Positions 26,599 to 44,128 of a stretch of 64,000 nt of DNA are shown here, in pieces. Position 1 is the first letter of the stretch; each line of letters begins with the position of its first letter. The notes beneath the pieces are model-generated. The model worked only from the letters and a program-made list of their open reading frames with translations, made no database searches and was not told the DNA's origin. Source of the DNA: Paraspadella gotoi (taxonomy: Eukaryota; Animalia; Chaetognatha); the NCBI GenBank assembly GCA_051294375.1, contig CM119265.1, positions 16,238,896 through 16,302,895 on the forward strand. Direction: 5' to 3'. The translations under genes were made by a program, and so were the position numbers.

Positions 26599-26963
26599 TT
26601 TAAAGAATAAAAAATCAGAATTAAATCAAAAGGACGGAAACTATAAACAACGTTTTTAAGCTCAGTTAGCATTAATAATTTCTTTTAATAGGACCATAGA
26701 TCGTTAACAGAGCCTTGTCATTTTATTTTCATGCACTAAACAATAAAAAGATCAGTATTAAATATTTAACGAACGTTTCAGGCAAAGCAATAAGATACGT
26801 CAACATGTACTTGGTTTTGTATCCAAGCAGTTACGCCAAGAGCACGGACTTAAACTTTTCCTAGTCACAACGATTTTTTTGTCTCTCACTTTAAACATAT
26901 CACAGATAAGGAAAAACACGTAAGAGCGAGATTTGATATTCAAGTTTGACTCTGCACGGCAAG
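26599..26963. promoter_or_regulatory. Putative bidirectional promoter
   Basis: Only 365 bp separate the divergent ATGs of TFP-B (26598, minus) and the protease (26964, plus). Inferred from geometry alone. Confidence 0.5.
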
Positions 26964-32161
<5,198 letters not shown>

Positions 32162-32387
32162 AAGTGGCACGTTCCTAAAATTAAGTTCTTAAATCTCGTT
32201 GCTAATATAATTTTATGAATTATATGAGTAAGATTTAATAATATCCGAAAAACAACTTCACAATAATGTACCGTACTATACTATACTTATGAAATTTTAA
32301 TGAAAAGCTTCTTGCGCTTAAACAATCGAAAAAATTAAAGGCTAACATAGCGGGTTTACTTATTTTTTGATCTAAAGATATCTATAG

Positions 32388-34216
32388 ATGAAGATGCGGA
32401 TTTTATCGAAGCTAATTTGGTTGTCGGCGTTATACTTATACACGACCGACGCCCTAAGTTGTTGGTCGGGCCTAGGCGGAGAGACGCCAAGAGACAGAGA
32501 ATGCAGTTCTACGGCTACTATCTGCATTTATGAATATAATTCAAAGGGGCCATTTTATTACTATGACTACGGTTGCGGCACCAATGAAGGGTATAAACAA
32601 CGAAAAGATTCAGATTTTTCATCGGAGACAGGAAGTAGAAAGACATATAAGTGTTCGTATAGTTTGTGCAACAAACCGGTCGCGGCTCCAGCAGACACCA
32701 CTCTCCTCGTCTTGCTAATTATATTCATTTTGCTGTTGGTTATTATAATAGCTGTCCTGGGAATTCTATTTTTTACAGGTAAGAGTACAAACTGTTTTTT
32801 TGTTGTTGTTTTTTTTTGTTATTTTTTTTCATGAGAAGGATTGCCAACCCGATATTTTCATACTGGCTAGAGATGCAGAAGTGATCATAGGAGCTGAAAG
32901 CGGGAAAAATTATGAAATAGGAAGTTGGGTGAAAAAGGATTGAACGCAGAAACGATGTTTTTTCTTCCTTAATTAATAATTTTTTTGTTCTGTAAGAAAG
33001 AAAGAAAAAGTTTTTTAAGAAAAAACTTTCGATATAAAAAGTTAATCAATAGAGTTTTAGTAACAAAAAAATGAAAAGAGAGATCAGGGTAAGTTAAGAT
33101 TAAATAAACGTTGAGGGTTAGGAATAAATAGGGATGTTGGGTAAATTAAAGTTAAGGGTAAATTGCTGATGAAATCTGAACTTAAATTTAAACATATTTA
33201 AATAAAATTTGAAATATAATATTAAAATATTTATAGATTATCAATGAGCTATCGAGAACAAAAATTATCAATAAAATCTTAAATTATAAAGCTTATAAAA
33301 TCATTTAATATTTCATCCCAAAAAATAAATTTCCGTAAAACAAAATATCAAATTTTCAATTTTTATATTTTGTTTAATTTTTAAAAGATTATTGTCTGTT
33401 TTCCTTTCATTTCGTTGCTTTAATTTGCTTGAGGTAGAAAATGAATGATTTGTTGACGTACAAACATTAATTCCAGCGCAAAATTCATCTTTTACGCTGA
33501 TGAAGGCATACATTGAAGCCGAAACATGTCCGAATGTTCCTAATTTTTCTTTTTTGAGTTTTTTTACCATAAACCAGGAGAGTATTAGGATTCGGGATCG
33601 TTCTTAAGCTTTAACCCATAACCTTACCCTTTAATCTAATACAACCCTTATCTTATATTAATAGTAATTTATTGATTGATATAATAGTTATTGATTGATT
33701 GATGTAATAGTAATTGATTGATACGATGATAACCAATTATTGATGCGATGATAATCAATTATTAATGCGATAATAACCAATTATTGATACGATAACCAAA
33801 TATTAATGCGATGAGTCATTAATTATAAATAAAACAAACAAATACATATATGAATGAGAGAAACGAAAGAAATAAAAAAAGAAAGACAAATAAAAAAAAT
33901 GATGATAAAATTCCATCTGCTTATTTCGTTCAAAACAATTCTAAACATTTATTTAATAAAAAAAACATTGCTCATTCGTTTTTCTAAGCCGCTGTAGGGG
34001 TTAAATAATTGGAAACCAAATTACCGCTTGTTATAAGCGTTGCGACACAATCTTCATTTTTCGGCTTCAGAAAAACTGAAGATGGTGAAGAACGAAGAGG
34101 AGAATCAAAATCAACAAAACTCGAAGAACCAAAATCGCAGCGAGAATTCGAAAAAATCCACTTTGCTGACGACGGCGGAGGGAAAAGTCAGATATCACAA
34201 GATCCAAACCCGTTGA
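32388..34216 (+). CDS. Three-finger (Ly6/uPAR-like, 6-Cys) type I membrane protein 'TFP-A', 178 aa
   Basis: Exon 32388-32778 encodes the signal peptide ...TDA-LSCWSG...ECSSTATIC...YGCG...YKCSYSLCN and TM LLVLLIIFILLLVIIIAVLGILFFT, with donor G|gtaaga. Exon 34071-34216 (phase 1) encodes EKLKMVKNEEENQNQQNSK...GKVRYHKIQTR*. Confidence 0.82.
33492..33534 (+). ncRNA. Minimal type I hammerhead ribozyme motif (Penelope-type), intact core
   Basis: ttacg-CTGATGA-a-ggc-atacattgaa-gcc-GAAAC-AT-GTC-cgaa: conserved core, palindromic ACATGT stem III and GUC cleavage triplet; stems I and II are short. Confidence 0.65.
33660..33865. repeat. 22-bp minisatellite-bearing dispersed repeat (inverted relative of 16085-16385)
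   Basis: attgatgcgatgataaccaatt-like units followed by ataaataaaacaaacaaat. Confidence 0.8.
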
Positions 34217-34442
34217 AAAACCGATCAACGTTTCCCGATAGATTAGCTCCATCAAGATTGAAAAGACGCACCCATCAGTTTTTGACATTTTTCTTCCTTG
34301 TTGGAAGTTCCGTTACTTTGAAAATATAATTTGTTATCAATCAATGCCTCTTTTAACGATGATAGTGGTTGTCATTAAATATAAATGATTTTAAAATGGA
34401 TTGCCGATGAATGAAACCAAGCTTGGCAGAGAAGCATCTTAC

Positions 34443-36018
34443 CGGCTGGAGTTAGTGGCTGCTCCCTTCTGCTCCCGGTACGATCTAATCGGCTCGGCTA
34501 CGGTGTGCCGATAAAGAAAATAAGCGAAACGGAGGGGCGGCCACAAAATCGTTTTGACAAGCATTCGCTGATTTCAGCTGCCTGCCGTTCTTTGTACAGT
34601 TCCAAAGGACGCCGAGCCGCCGATATGCCGCCGTGTACCCGATGGTAAATGTTGCTAGTATTTAATGCGGGATTGTAACAATCATGGTCATGAGTACATG
34701 GTGAATCTGACATCGGCGCAGCTCGAACCGTGGAGGGGACGATAACGAGAGAATAAAAAAGAAGTCGACGACGAACTTTTAGAGAGGGGATGGTAAAAAT
34801 AGAAGTATTGATATGGTGCCGTGACTAATCACATTCTTGAACCATTTTTTAATCAAATTTTGTTACGAAAAAATAAAAAAAATAAGAGCATGATAATATT
34901 AGTTTTTCTCATTTGTCCTTATTTAGTTTAATTACGAAAAAGCCTTAAACTATTTAATTTTACTTTTTACAAACAGGAGTAGATATGACTTAATTCTAAT
35001 AAATTATATTGAATAATTTTATACAATTATAAAAATAAATGATTATAAAAGAAATAAATAATAAAGAAATATGAAAATATTACTTGTAAGTCGATTATCT
35101 CGTGAATGAATCATCTTAAACTGATGGGAATGGGTTCATCTGAAAGGTCTTAAAAATGCATCAGGATGAATACATAATTTTACTTATTTGCTTTAAATAC
35201 AGTTGTACATGAATTTTTTTTTAATATTTGAAGAAAATTGGAATTAAATCGATCTAAGGTTCATACGTGTTTACTCTTTCGCAAAAAATAATCCAGAGGT
35301 TAGCAATAATAATACTTTTTATTATTAAGAAATTACGAATTTGATTTTAATTCTACATAAAAAATATTTGGTTTGCTTTGTATAATTTTAAAATTGGGCC
35401 TTATAATATAAATATTTTACAGTGCACTCTTGGACGTTGATTTTCAATGAACAAATATATAATATACAATATATTTCAAATAAAATAAAGATTATAATAT
35501 AGTCAGGTGTAAGATGGCTTATTTATTATGTGAATTGATAATTGTTATATTGGTTGAACCAATTTCATATATTTAAAAACAGTTTTATCATATTTTCAAT
35601 CGTTCACTTATCAAGCTTATTATTAAGCTAATTATATAGAATTTAAATTTAAACTAGAACATGCTTGTGTGATGAAAAATCAAATTATCAATAAATAAGG
35701 ATGAGAAAACTATGTTTTTTTTGGGGGTAAATTTTGTTTGAACTTTTATGTTTACTCTAACAACTGTGTGATGTCGGAAGTTTAAGTGAATACCAACAAA
35801 AGGGAAACACGTGAGCCTCTTCATAATTTCATTTTATTTTTAATGGGGGAAAAAGGGGAATGGGGGAGTCTGTTCAATTAGGTAGCTACAAATGACTACT
35901 GACTAGGTAAGCTGGGCCTTGTTCCTTTCGTTGATCAAGATAAGGATTCTGCCCTTCGGATTTTACCTTCCCGTCTCCGGCTTTTGCCATCCGAAAGGAT
36001 GTTCCCTTCGCTTGCGGC
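34443..36018 (-). CDS. Possible small multi-exon gene, unknown product
   Basis: GC-richer islands bounded by splice-like sites: 36018-35967 (ttag|...AAG|gtaaaa), ~34721-34580 (MSDSPCTHDHDCYNPALNTSNIYHRVHGG...) and 34497-34443 (gtag|...CCG|gtaaga). Frame and termini are unresolved. Confidence 0.3.
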
Positions 36019-37062
36019 TAAGTAGTAAGTAATCAACTTGTCTTGTCCTAAATCGTCCACACAATTACTATAGCATGATAAAGTAAATTACGTTAAATTA
36101 ATTCGTAGTTGATGAGTACAATTTGAAAAACTCTTTGTTGTAGTTTTTTATAATCTTATTGACTTCGCTTTCGTCTACTTATATAAACATTATTGTATTT
36201 AAATTAATCGATAAAGCCTAAATTTATCTAAGTACAGATTTCACCAAACCTGAAAAACAAGTAAGAATTTTATAAATTGTAAGTTTTTAAAATAACAAAT
36301 TAAGTTTTTAAAGAATATATTTACTTTGGTTTATTATTACATTACATTCGAAAATATATTTTTTAGGTACTATTTTTTCAGGTACTATAATACCTAGCTA
36401 ATTCAGATGCCCTGAATGATTGATACCGAGCATAAAAGAAAAATAAAAAAATTTCTGGAAACTTTCGTCTTTGCGATCTTTTCAGTTCGAAATGTGCCGT
36501 CTGTCTTTTTCAATCCCGATCGATCTGCGAAACGAGATTTTTGAACGAACTCAGTTTATCGCGGATCAGCTAAGTTTTATTCCAAAAATGCGACAAAAAA
36601 AAAAAAGATCGAATGATAAAAATATAAAACGATTTTGAAAAATTTATAACATTTTGCATTGGATTCTTTTGAATGTTTCTATTTTCCCTACAGTGTAATC
36701 GCCTTTTTCATTGCAATGTCTTATTACGGTTGCAAGTTTTCGTAAGTTATAAAATAAAAAAAATATGTTTTAATAGTTCTACCCAGTTAATCGCACAATA
36801 CCAACATAAAGGGCCAGGTTTGCAGACTCAGAGCGTTCACCACTTGTGCAGGTGACTGAAATCAGTTATTGGGTGGGTTTGTAAAATTTTGATTTTAATT
36901 AGTAACAAATAATATTAGAAACGAGGAGTAAAACAAATTTAAGCAATCAAACAGTCAATGAAAAACTGAATACAAAAAAATAATAAAATCTTATCTGTCA
37001 AATGGCTGAAACTTTGCTCCTTTGGTTACTTTTCACATTTTTGCCTGAGAAGCGGAACTTGG

Positions 37063-37145
<83 letters not shown>

Positions 37146-37349
37146 CCACCATCTAAATTTGGTTTTTATTTTTAGCTATTTTATTTCTTTTTTTCGCGCC
37201 CTTTTTTTGCGCTTCCTCATTTCCATCCCTTCTTTTCACCACGCCCTCCATCGGCGAATTGAAACTTCCGTCAGCTATTTTTTGTTTAAATTTTCGAGCC
37301 TTACTTACTGGAAATAAAAAAGGAATCGAGAGACAACGATCGGCCACAG

Positions 37350-38728
37350 ATGTCGCACGCCAAGTACCATCCGGCGCCGACGACGGGCAGCGGCGCCCCG
37401 GAATTGCCTCAGCCTCGTCCGCATTCGGCGCCGAGAAGAAACGCGCCTACAGACGGCTTCGTTTACAATCACGCAGCATTCACCAAAGCCATCGACAATG
37501 CGGAGAGGGACCATGTGAGTCTTCGTCGACGCTCCGGTTTTAAATACGATCTATTTACAAATCTTTTTTTTTTTTCAAAAATTAAAGTAATTAATTAGGA
37601 GATCGTGAAATTGAACGTTTTTTTGCACGGCCCCCTTTTCGTAATGGCGACCCAAAAAAAAAATGGGGGAGGGCGAGGAGGGACATTTCAGCGCTCTCCA
37701 AATCCGAACCTCGGTCTCGTTTAATAGCCACACCACCTTCGTTAATTCGACCCCATTCCTCCCAGGCCGACGACCCAGACGAGGTCCGCCTCCCTCTTCC
37801 TCCTCACGAACTCGGATTCTCCTCCCCCTCCTCCCCTTCTTCTCGTCATCGCCGTCGTCGTCGTTGCCTCTTCTACGTCCTCCTCCCTTCCTCCGTCCTC
37901 TTCGTCGTCGTCATCCTCTTCGTCGTCATCCTCCAAGCGTCGCAACACGAACGACTGGTCAAGAAGCTGGCCGCGTTGGAGGACGAGCTGGCCACGTCGA
38001 GGCGCGCTTACCAGTCGCGCTCGCTCGTCGTGAGCGCGGCCACCGTCGGCGGCGTCCGCGTCAACGGTCACGCCACGTTGCTCAACATCACGGACGTAGA
38101 GACGTCGGAGGCGACCATTTGCCTGAAAGCGAAGACGCCGCTTGCCGGCTTCGGCCCGCTCTTTCATGTTCGCCACGCCGGCGCCAATCCCGCGTCACAG
38201 GTGGCGTTGCACGAAGAGGGCGGCGTCTTTCGCGCCTTCGTCGCGGACGAGACGAAGCGATGGAAAGAGAGCAGCGTGGGAGGATTTGGATCGGAACGGG
38301 GAAAGTGGAGCCGCGTGTGTTTGACTCTTGGGCCAGTAGAGGAGACCGACTGGAGCGGAAGCGCCAAAGGTCCTTCTCCCTCTCTTCGCCTCCATCTCAA
38401 AGTCAACGGTCACGAGGCGTTCACTGCAGAGTTTGATGCGGCGTCGTTTCGCCTCCGACCCGGCGCCTTTCTCCAGATCGGACGCTTTGTCGACGCCAGC
38501 GTCCGCGACTTTCTCGGCGTCTCGTCTCACATCTTCGAAGGGGAAGTCTCCGACGTCAACGTCTGGCGTCGGGTTCTTCCCGACGATCGACTCGACGAAG
38601 CCTCGATGCGATGTCCGCGGACCAGGCACACTGGCGACGCGCTGGGATGGTTCCCAATGAAGGAGAGGGTGGTGAGGGACGGGATGGTGGAGGCGGTGTG
38701 GCGGCAGCACTGCTGGGAGGAAGAGTGA
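37350..38728 (+). CDS. Type II membrane protein with C-terminal pentraxin/LamG-like domain, 375 aa
   Basis: Exons 37350-37514 (CAT|gtgagt) and 37766-38728 join in phase 0: cytoplasmic N-terminus, RHRRRRR followed by TM CLFYVLLPSSVLFVVVILFVVIL, short coiled coil LVKKLAALEDEL, then TICL...WSRVCLT...VNG...PGAFLQIG...FEGEVSDVNVWRRVL...C...GDALGW, matching the pentraxin pattern. Confidence 0.85.
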
Positions 38729-39392
38729 GAACGAAAGGGTGGAATGTATTGAAGGGAGAAGAGAGCAAAGGAAATTGTCGAAGGACTTGAACTGACGATT
38801 TGGACAAAGAATGGGACGTTGATATTTGATGTTGAGATCAAAGATTTTTAGTTGATACCATTTTGTATACTCTGGGCGCACTTTTATTCTAATCTTTGAA
38901 AGAACTGGTTAAAGTATTTGCTACGTAATGCTAATTTTATTTTAAATTACATTCAATTGTGAATCAAGGTTGCGAATCCAATTTGCTTTTTGAAATCTTT
39001 ACATCAATTTTTGGGGGATTCTCAGCTTTCTGATTTTGATTACATTTTTGATGATTTTTATTGTTCTCGAGATTTTTACAATCCGCTTTAGCTGAGAATT
39101 TATTCAAGCTCAAGACAAGAGCTTGTTTGTTCTTGAAAAAAAAAATCAGGATCTTCGTTGGCAAAATCATTTCTGAACTCTTCAGACCACCTGTATCTTT
39201 TATAGATTGAATTTTATTTTATAGTTGGATTTGTTATAAAACTAATTCTTCAAACGACTGTATTTTCTAAAGTAAACATTCTGTGAACTTTTTTTGTTTA
39301 TTTTTTCCCACAGAAATTCGATTAACTCAAAAAAATATGACGCTGAAATCAAAATTGAGGATCGTGACGAATTTTCTGGATTTAGCTTCTCT

Positions 39393-39439
<47 letters not shown>

Positions 39440-39683
39440 CTCTCTCTCTCTCTCTTCATATATCTTTTTATCTCGCCTTTTCAAATCATGTAAAAAATAA
39501 CCTTGGCATAGAAGTAAGTCTTACTATAACTATTACTACAACCAATACTTTTAGAGAATTTTCGTCAAAATATTGTTACTCGTTCGACATAAAATTGACA
39601 CTCAAAAATTCCATGCATTTTTAAAATCTCGAATTTTATGAAAGCTAAAAAAGTTAGTAGAGATTTCTTGTATTAAAATTTAA

Positions 39684-41346
39684 ATGGAAGACAACGACGA
39701 CGACGATAATGACGTCCCCTTGCATCTAAAAGCCGCCTTAGAATTCGTACGTGACGTCTTTTCGAATGCTATTTCAAGCTAAAGCTGATCTTTTGTTTGA
39801 AAATAAACTCAAATTCCGCGGCTTCTGAAGAATAATAGGAAAATCGTGAATAAATATCGCAAAAAAATAAATAAACACTCGTCTGAACAAAACGTTTTCG
39901 ACATTTTTCTTCACCATGACCGAGTTTTTCGTTTCTCCAAATCGTCGGGACGACTCCTCTGATTGGTCGACGAGCTCGACTCAAGATTCTGACCAATCAG
40001 AAAACGCTGGGAGCGGCAAAGGCGGCGTAGAGGACGGCGATGACGCAGGCGAAAAAAAGGACGTCGGATCCGAGGATTCGTCGTCGTCGTCGTCGTCGTC
40101 TTCGTCTTCGTCGTCATCCTCTGAGGGCAGCCTTTCCTCCGTGTCTCTTGGAGCAGGTGGTCGTTAACTTTTTACAATCGGAGGTAGGTTGGTAGTTCTT
40201 GTTTCGTTTCTTAAGTCTCTAGTCTTTTAATGTTTAGAAAACCAGGCGGATGAGATGCAACGGATTGCCGAAGACGTGAGAAGCCTTTGTCTCGAGATGT
40301 ACAAGTGTCAGTATTATTGGTCCAAGGCAATAGGTAATTAGGTATAAAGCATTTGGAGATATCATTTAAGGGGAGACCACAGAATGGAAAGTCTAATCTT
40401 AGCCTTTCTCAATCTACGTATTGCCAGTTATATATTATAGGCTTTATATATGGATGCGTGGGCTTTATTCATAAAATGTTTTTTTGTTTTTGTTTACGAA
40501 GAAAAGATACTTATTCTTTATAACCAGATCGTTTATTTAACAATCAACATATTCAATGCAGATCCGGTTAGTTTAGTGAAAGAGTTCCTCCAATGCCTGG
40601 AGGCGGACGACGACGACGGCATCGTTTCGCTCTGGAGGATGTTCGAGCATTTCTTCGAGTTAAGCGGACGCCCTTCCGGGAGGATCATGCAGATCACCGT
40701 CGAGTCCGGGTGAGACACGGATTGCGCGCATCTTGGGTTGTTCTTCTTTTTGATGCGAGGTCATTTGACGGTGTTTCGCAGTGAAAAGGATTTTAATATC
40801 TTAAGAAGAGAAAATATCTTGAACACAGGCTTGATGTAGCGTCTTATCGTTTTTACTTTTCCCCTCTATTCTCTTGGTATCCAACCTTCAATGTTTTTTT
40901 TTATTGCTGTCGCCAAAAATCTTTAAAAATCTTAAATCCATTTTGCGAAATATTTTTTACCACATCCCCTTTTACCACAGAATTTCAATTTCATATATTT
41001 TTCATGATTTCTTTGTACTAGTTTCATTTCCAGTTTTATCTTTTACTAACTGGTTCAAACCTTAACTCTTCATTTTTTCCAATCTTTGAGAAATTTCAAA
41101 TCGCAAACTCGGTATCCAATCCGTCCTCCGCATCTCGTATTCATTACCCACCATCCATCCATCCATCCATTCATTACCCACCATCCAATATTCATGGATC
41201 CCAAACTTTCCAATTCATTCTCGCTTTTCTCTTTTCATCTCAGACGACGAGACTCGTTTTTACGAATTCTTCTTTCACCGATGATAATTTTTCCTCGAAA
41301 CGTTTATTTATTTTTTTCGAAATCTTTTTCCCCATTCGTTCCGCGT

Positions 41347-41387
<41 letters not shown>

Positions 41388-41392
41388 CAACT

Positions 41393-41442
<50 letters not shown>

Positions 41443-44087
41443 TCCCTCTCCCCTTTCCTTTCCTCTAACCGTTTCTGTCTCCGACTGAATTCCCGGCTGG
41501 TTTTTAGCGACTGCTATTAAACTTCCTCCAACCGGCTTTACCCGTTTGTTCTCTTTTTATATTCGATGGGCGACGAATCTCTCGCACTCGTAGACAATGG
41601 TGGACATTGGTGGTCGTCTTTGTGGACGTTTTGGCGGTCATTGTGGTTGTCGTAAACGCAGTTTATGTTAAAGGCGTTGCCGAACATATCTTCCCCATTG
41701 AAGAAATGTTTTTTTTTAAATATTTTCAGACTGACGTTTTTTTAAGTTATGGTCTCTGTGTTTAAGAATATATTCATTATACAGTGACAATAACGACTAA
41801 ATTTTTAAAAAAGATTATGCATAGACATTAAAAGTTGATCTCTTATCGATTGGGAACTCGGAACTTCAAACAGTCAACTTAATCAAAAGCGACATTTTTT
41901 TATCGAACAGGGGATATGATTTTCGTCTTGAAACTTGATCGGGTGGTCCTTTATATTCTGTGTGGTGGTTAACTTATCTTTTTACGCCTAAAGTCTACTG
42001 TAAGCTCTACCCCTCCACCCCACCGCTTCCGTTCTCCTTCCGTCTCGCTAATGGCTTCCCGCTTTTCCTTTTATCCCCCCCCCCCGGGACGGCGCGGCGA
42101 TTCCGCTTTCTCTCCCGCGAGCCCGAGGATTCTCTTCGCCCCACCTTCCGACCATTCGGCTTCTTCCGCGGTTCAATGACGGTTTAATGGAAAACTTTTG
42201 GCGGCGAACGGACTTCGATGGATGACCACGAGGGCAAATGGTGGAATATAGAAATGCTGTTGGCGCCCGGAGGAGGCTGATGGGTGTCTACTGTCTAGGC
42301 AGGAAGTTTGGCCGCAAATCGTGGCCTCTCCCCCCCCCCTAAAAAAGACAGTGTTGTGTATTTTCTGTAACTTGAAGCTAACTTCTGCGGCGTGAGAAAA
42401 ATATGTATTATCAGTCTTATTGCCAAAAGTTATTGATAGAGATCTTCCAACGCCGACCGACTGACAATTGTTATAAGTGACGAAAAAAAAGAAAAAAAAC
42501 CGACAATTTTATTGTCCTCAAATGATTATAGGAAACTAACTATCAAACGTCGTCAAACTCTGTCATTCATGTTCCTTAATTATTTTTTTTTCCAAAATAT
42601 TTTTCAATTGAATTTCGGTTTTTCTTAATTTTCCTTTTTCTCGCTGTGTTATTTTCCTTTTTTTTTCCAACAATTCTTTCTTCACAATTATACCATTTCC
42701 CTCGTTTACTATCTTTCCTCCACATTCTGTCACTATCTCTCTCCTCTCACTCTTCTGCCTTTTTCCAGGTTCGATCTCTTTATGCGAATCTTCCTCTCCA
42801 AATTCCCGGCCACCTTGCGACGGGAGGAGGAAGACTCGTCCGTTGTTCTTTTCACGGCCTCGTTGTTGCGATGCACCGCCGTCAGATGTCTCCCGATACT
42901 CGACAAGATGATCAAGTAAACTTCATGATGATTTTTGTTGTTGTTGTTTTCTTTGGTGGTTGATTCACTAATTTTTTTCAATGTTGTTGGCATTTTGTGT
43001 CCGTTTGGGTGGGTCCATTTCCACCCCAAAAAATCCTTCCACGCTCCGTTGAAATTTAATTTAGAAAAGTGAAAGCGATCAAATTTAAGCGCGTGAAATC
43101 CTCGCTAGCCTCCAATTTTTTTCTCTTTTTTTGTTGAAAAAAATTTATGACAACGAGTGCCGCCTACTTTTTATTCCTCGAAAAAAAAAATTACATGATT
43201 TATTCCGCGCCTCTGGCCAATTTTTTTTTATCCATTTCTCCTTGTGCTCTAGTTTGGTTTGCAATTTCCAAAAGAAAAGGGTCTCCGGCTTCTGATTTGG
43301 AAAAAAAATAAAATTTGCAATGCTAACCAGCGCGCTTCTGCTTCGCCTTGAGGCAAATTGTCAATACCGCCTCCAGATTTAACATTCAGCTCTCCCCAAT
43401 TTCTCTTTAAAAAGTTTTCGAATGACTTTTCACTCGGTCTACCCTTACCCCTTCTCCGGGCGTTCATGCCCCTCTTCCATTTCCCCCCCCTCCCCAGATA
43501 TCGCCACGCTGTCTTCCCCATTTTCTCCCGGATGTTGAGCTTCGACGTTTCGTCTTCCGTCCGCTTGGCGCGCGACGGTCTCTTCCTCCTCAGCCTCTTC
43601 CTCCTCTTCGTCGATTCGCCGGTCGTCGTGGCGGAGGCGTTGGCCGTCGGGCTCCTTCATTTCCCGACGCTGGCCGCCATCTGCGGGCCGTACGATGAGA
43701 CGGAGTGCGAGGTAAACGACGACGACGCCGCCGGCGCCGCCTCAGAGGACGAAGAAGAGCGCGATTCAAAGCGCCACCTGCTCTCGAAATTGTTGGAGGC
43801 GTTGATTCACGTTTCGACGCTGGGAGGACGAGACGTGCGGCGCCATCTGCTTCTTGGCGGCGCCATGATTTGGCTTTGGGAGTTGGAGGCGCGCGTGGCT
43901 AAGTTGGTGGCGCCGCCGAACGCGTCTGCGTTTTGGGAGGGAACGTCGACGCAGACGCCCGTTGAGATGGAGATGCGGACGGAATCGACGAAGACGAAGA
44001 CGAAAAAGAAGACGAAGATGACGACGACGAAAGGCGATCAGAAGACGAAGTTGCGACGAAGACGAAGAAAACGACGAAAGCGACGTA

Positions 44088-44128
<41 letters not shown>

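Noticed and set aside
32388-34216. TGF-beta/activin receptor assignment for the three-finger TM proteins
   Set aside because: No GS box or kinase exons follow, and only 6 Cys are present.
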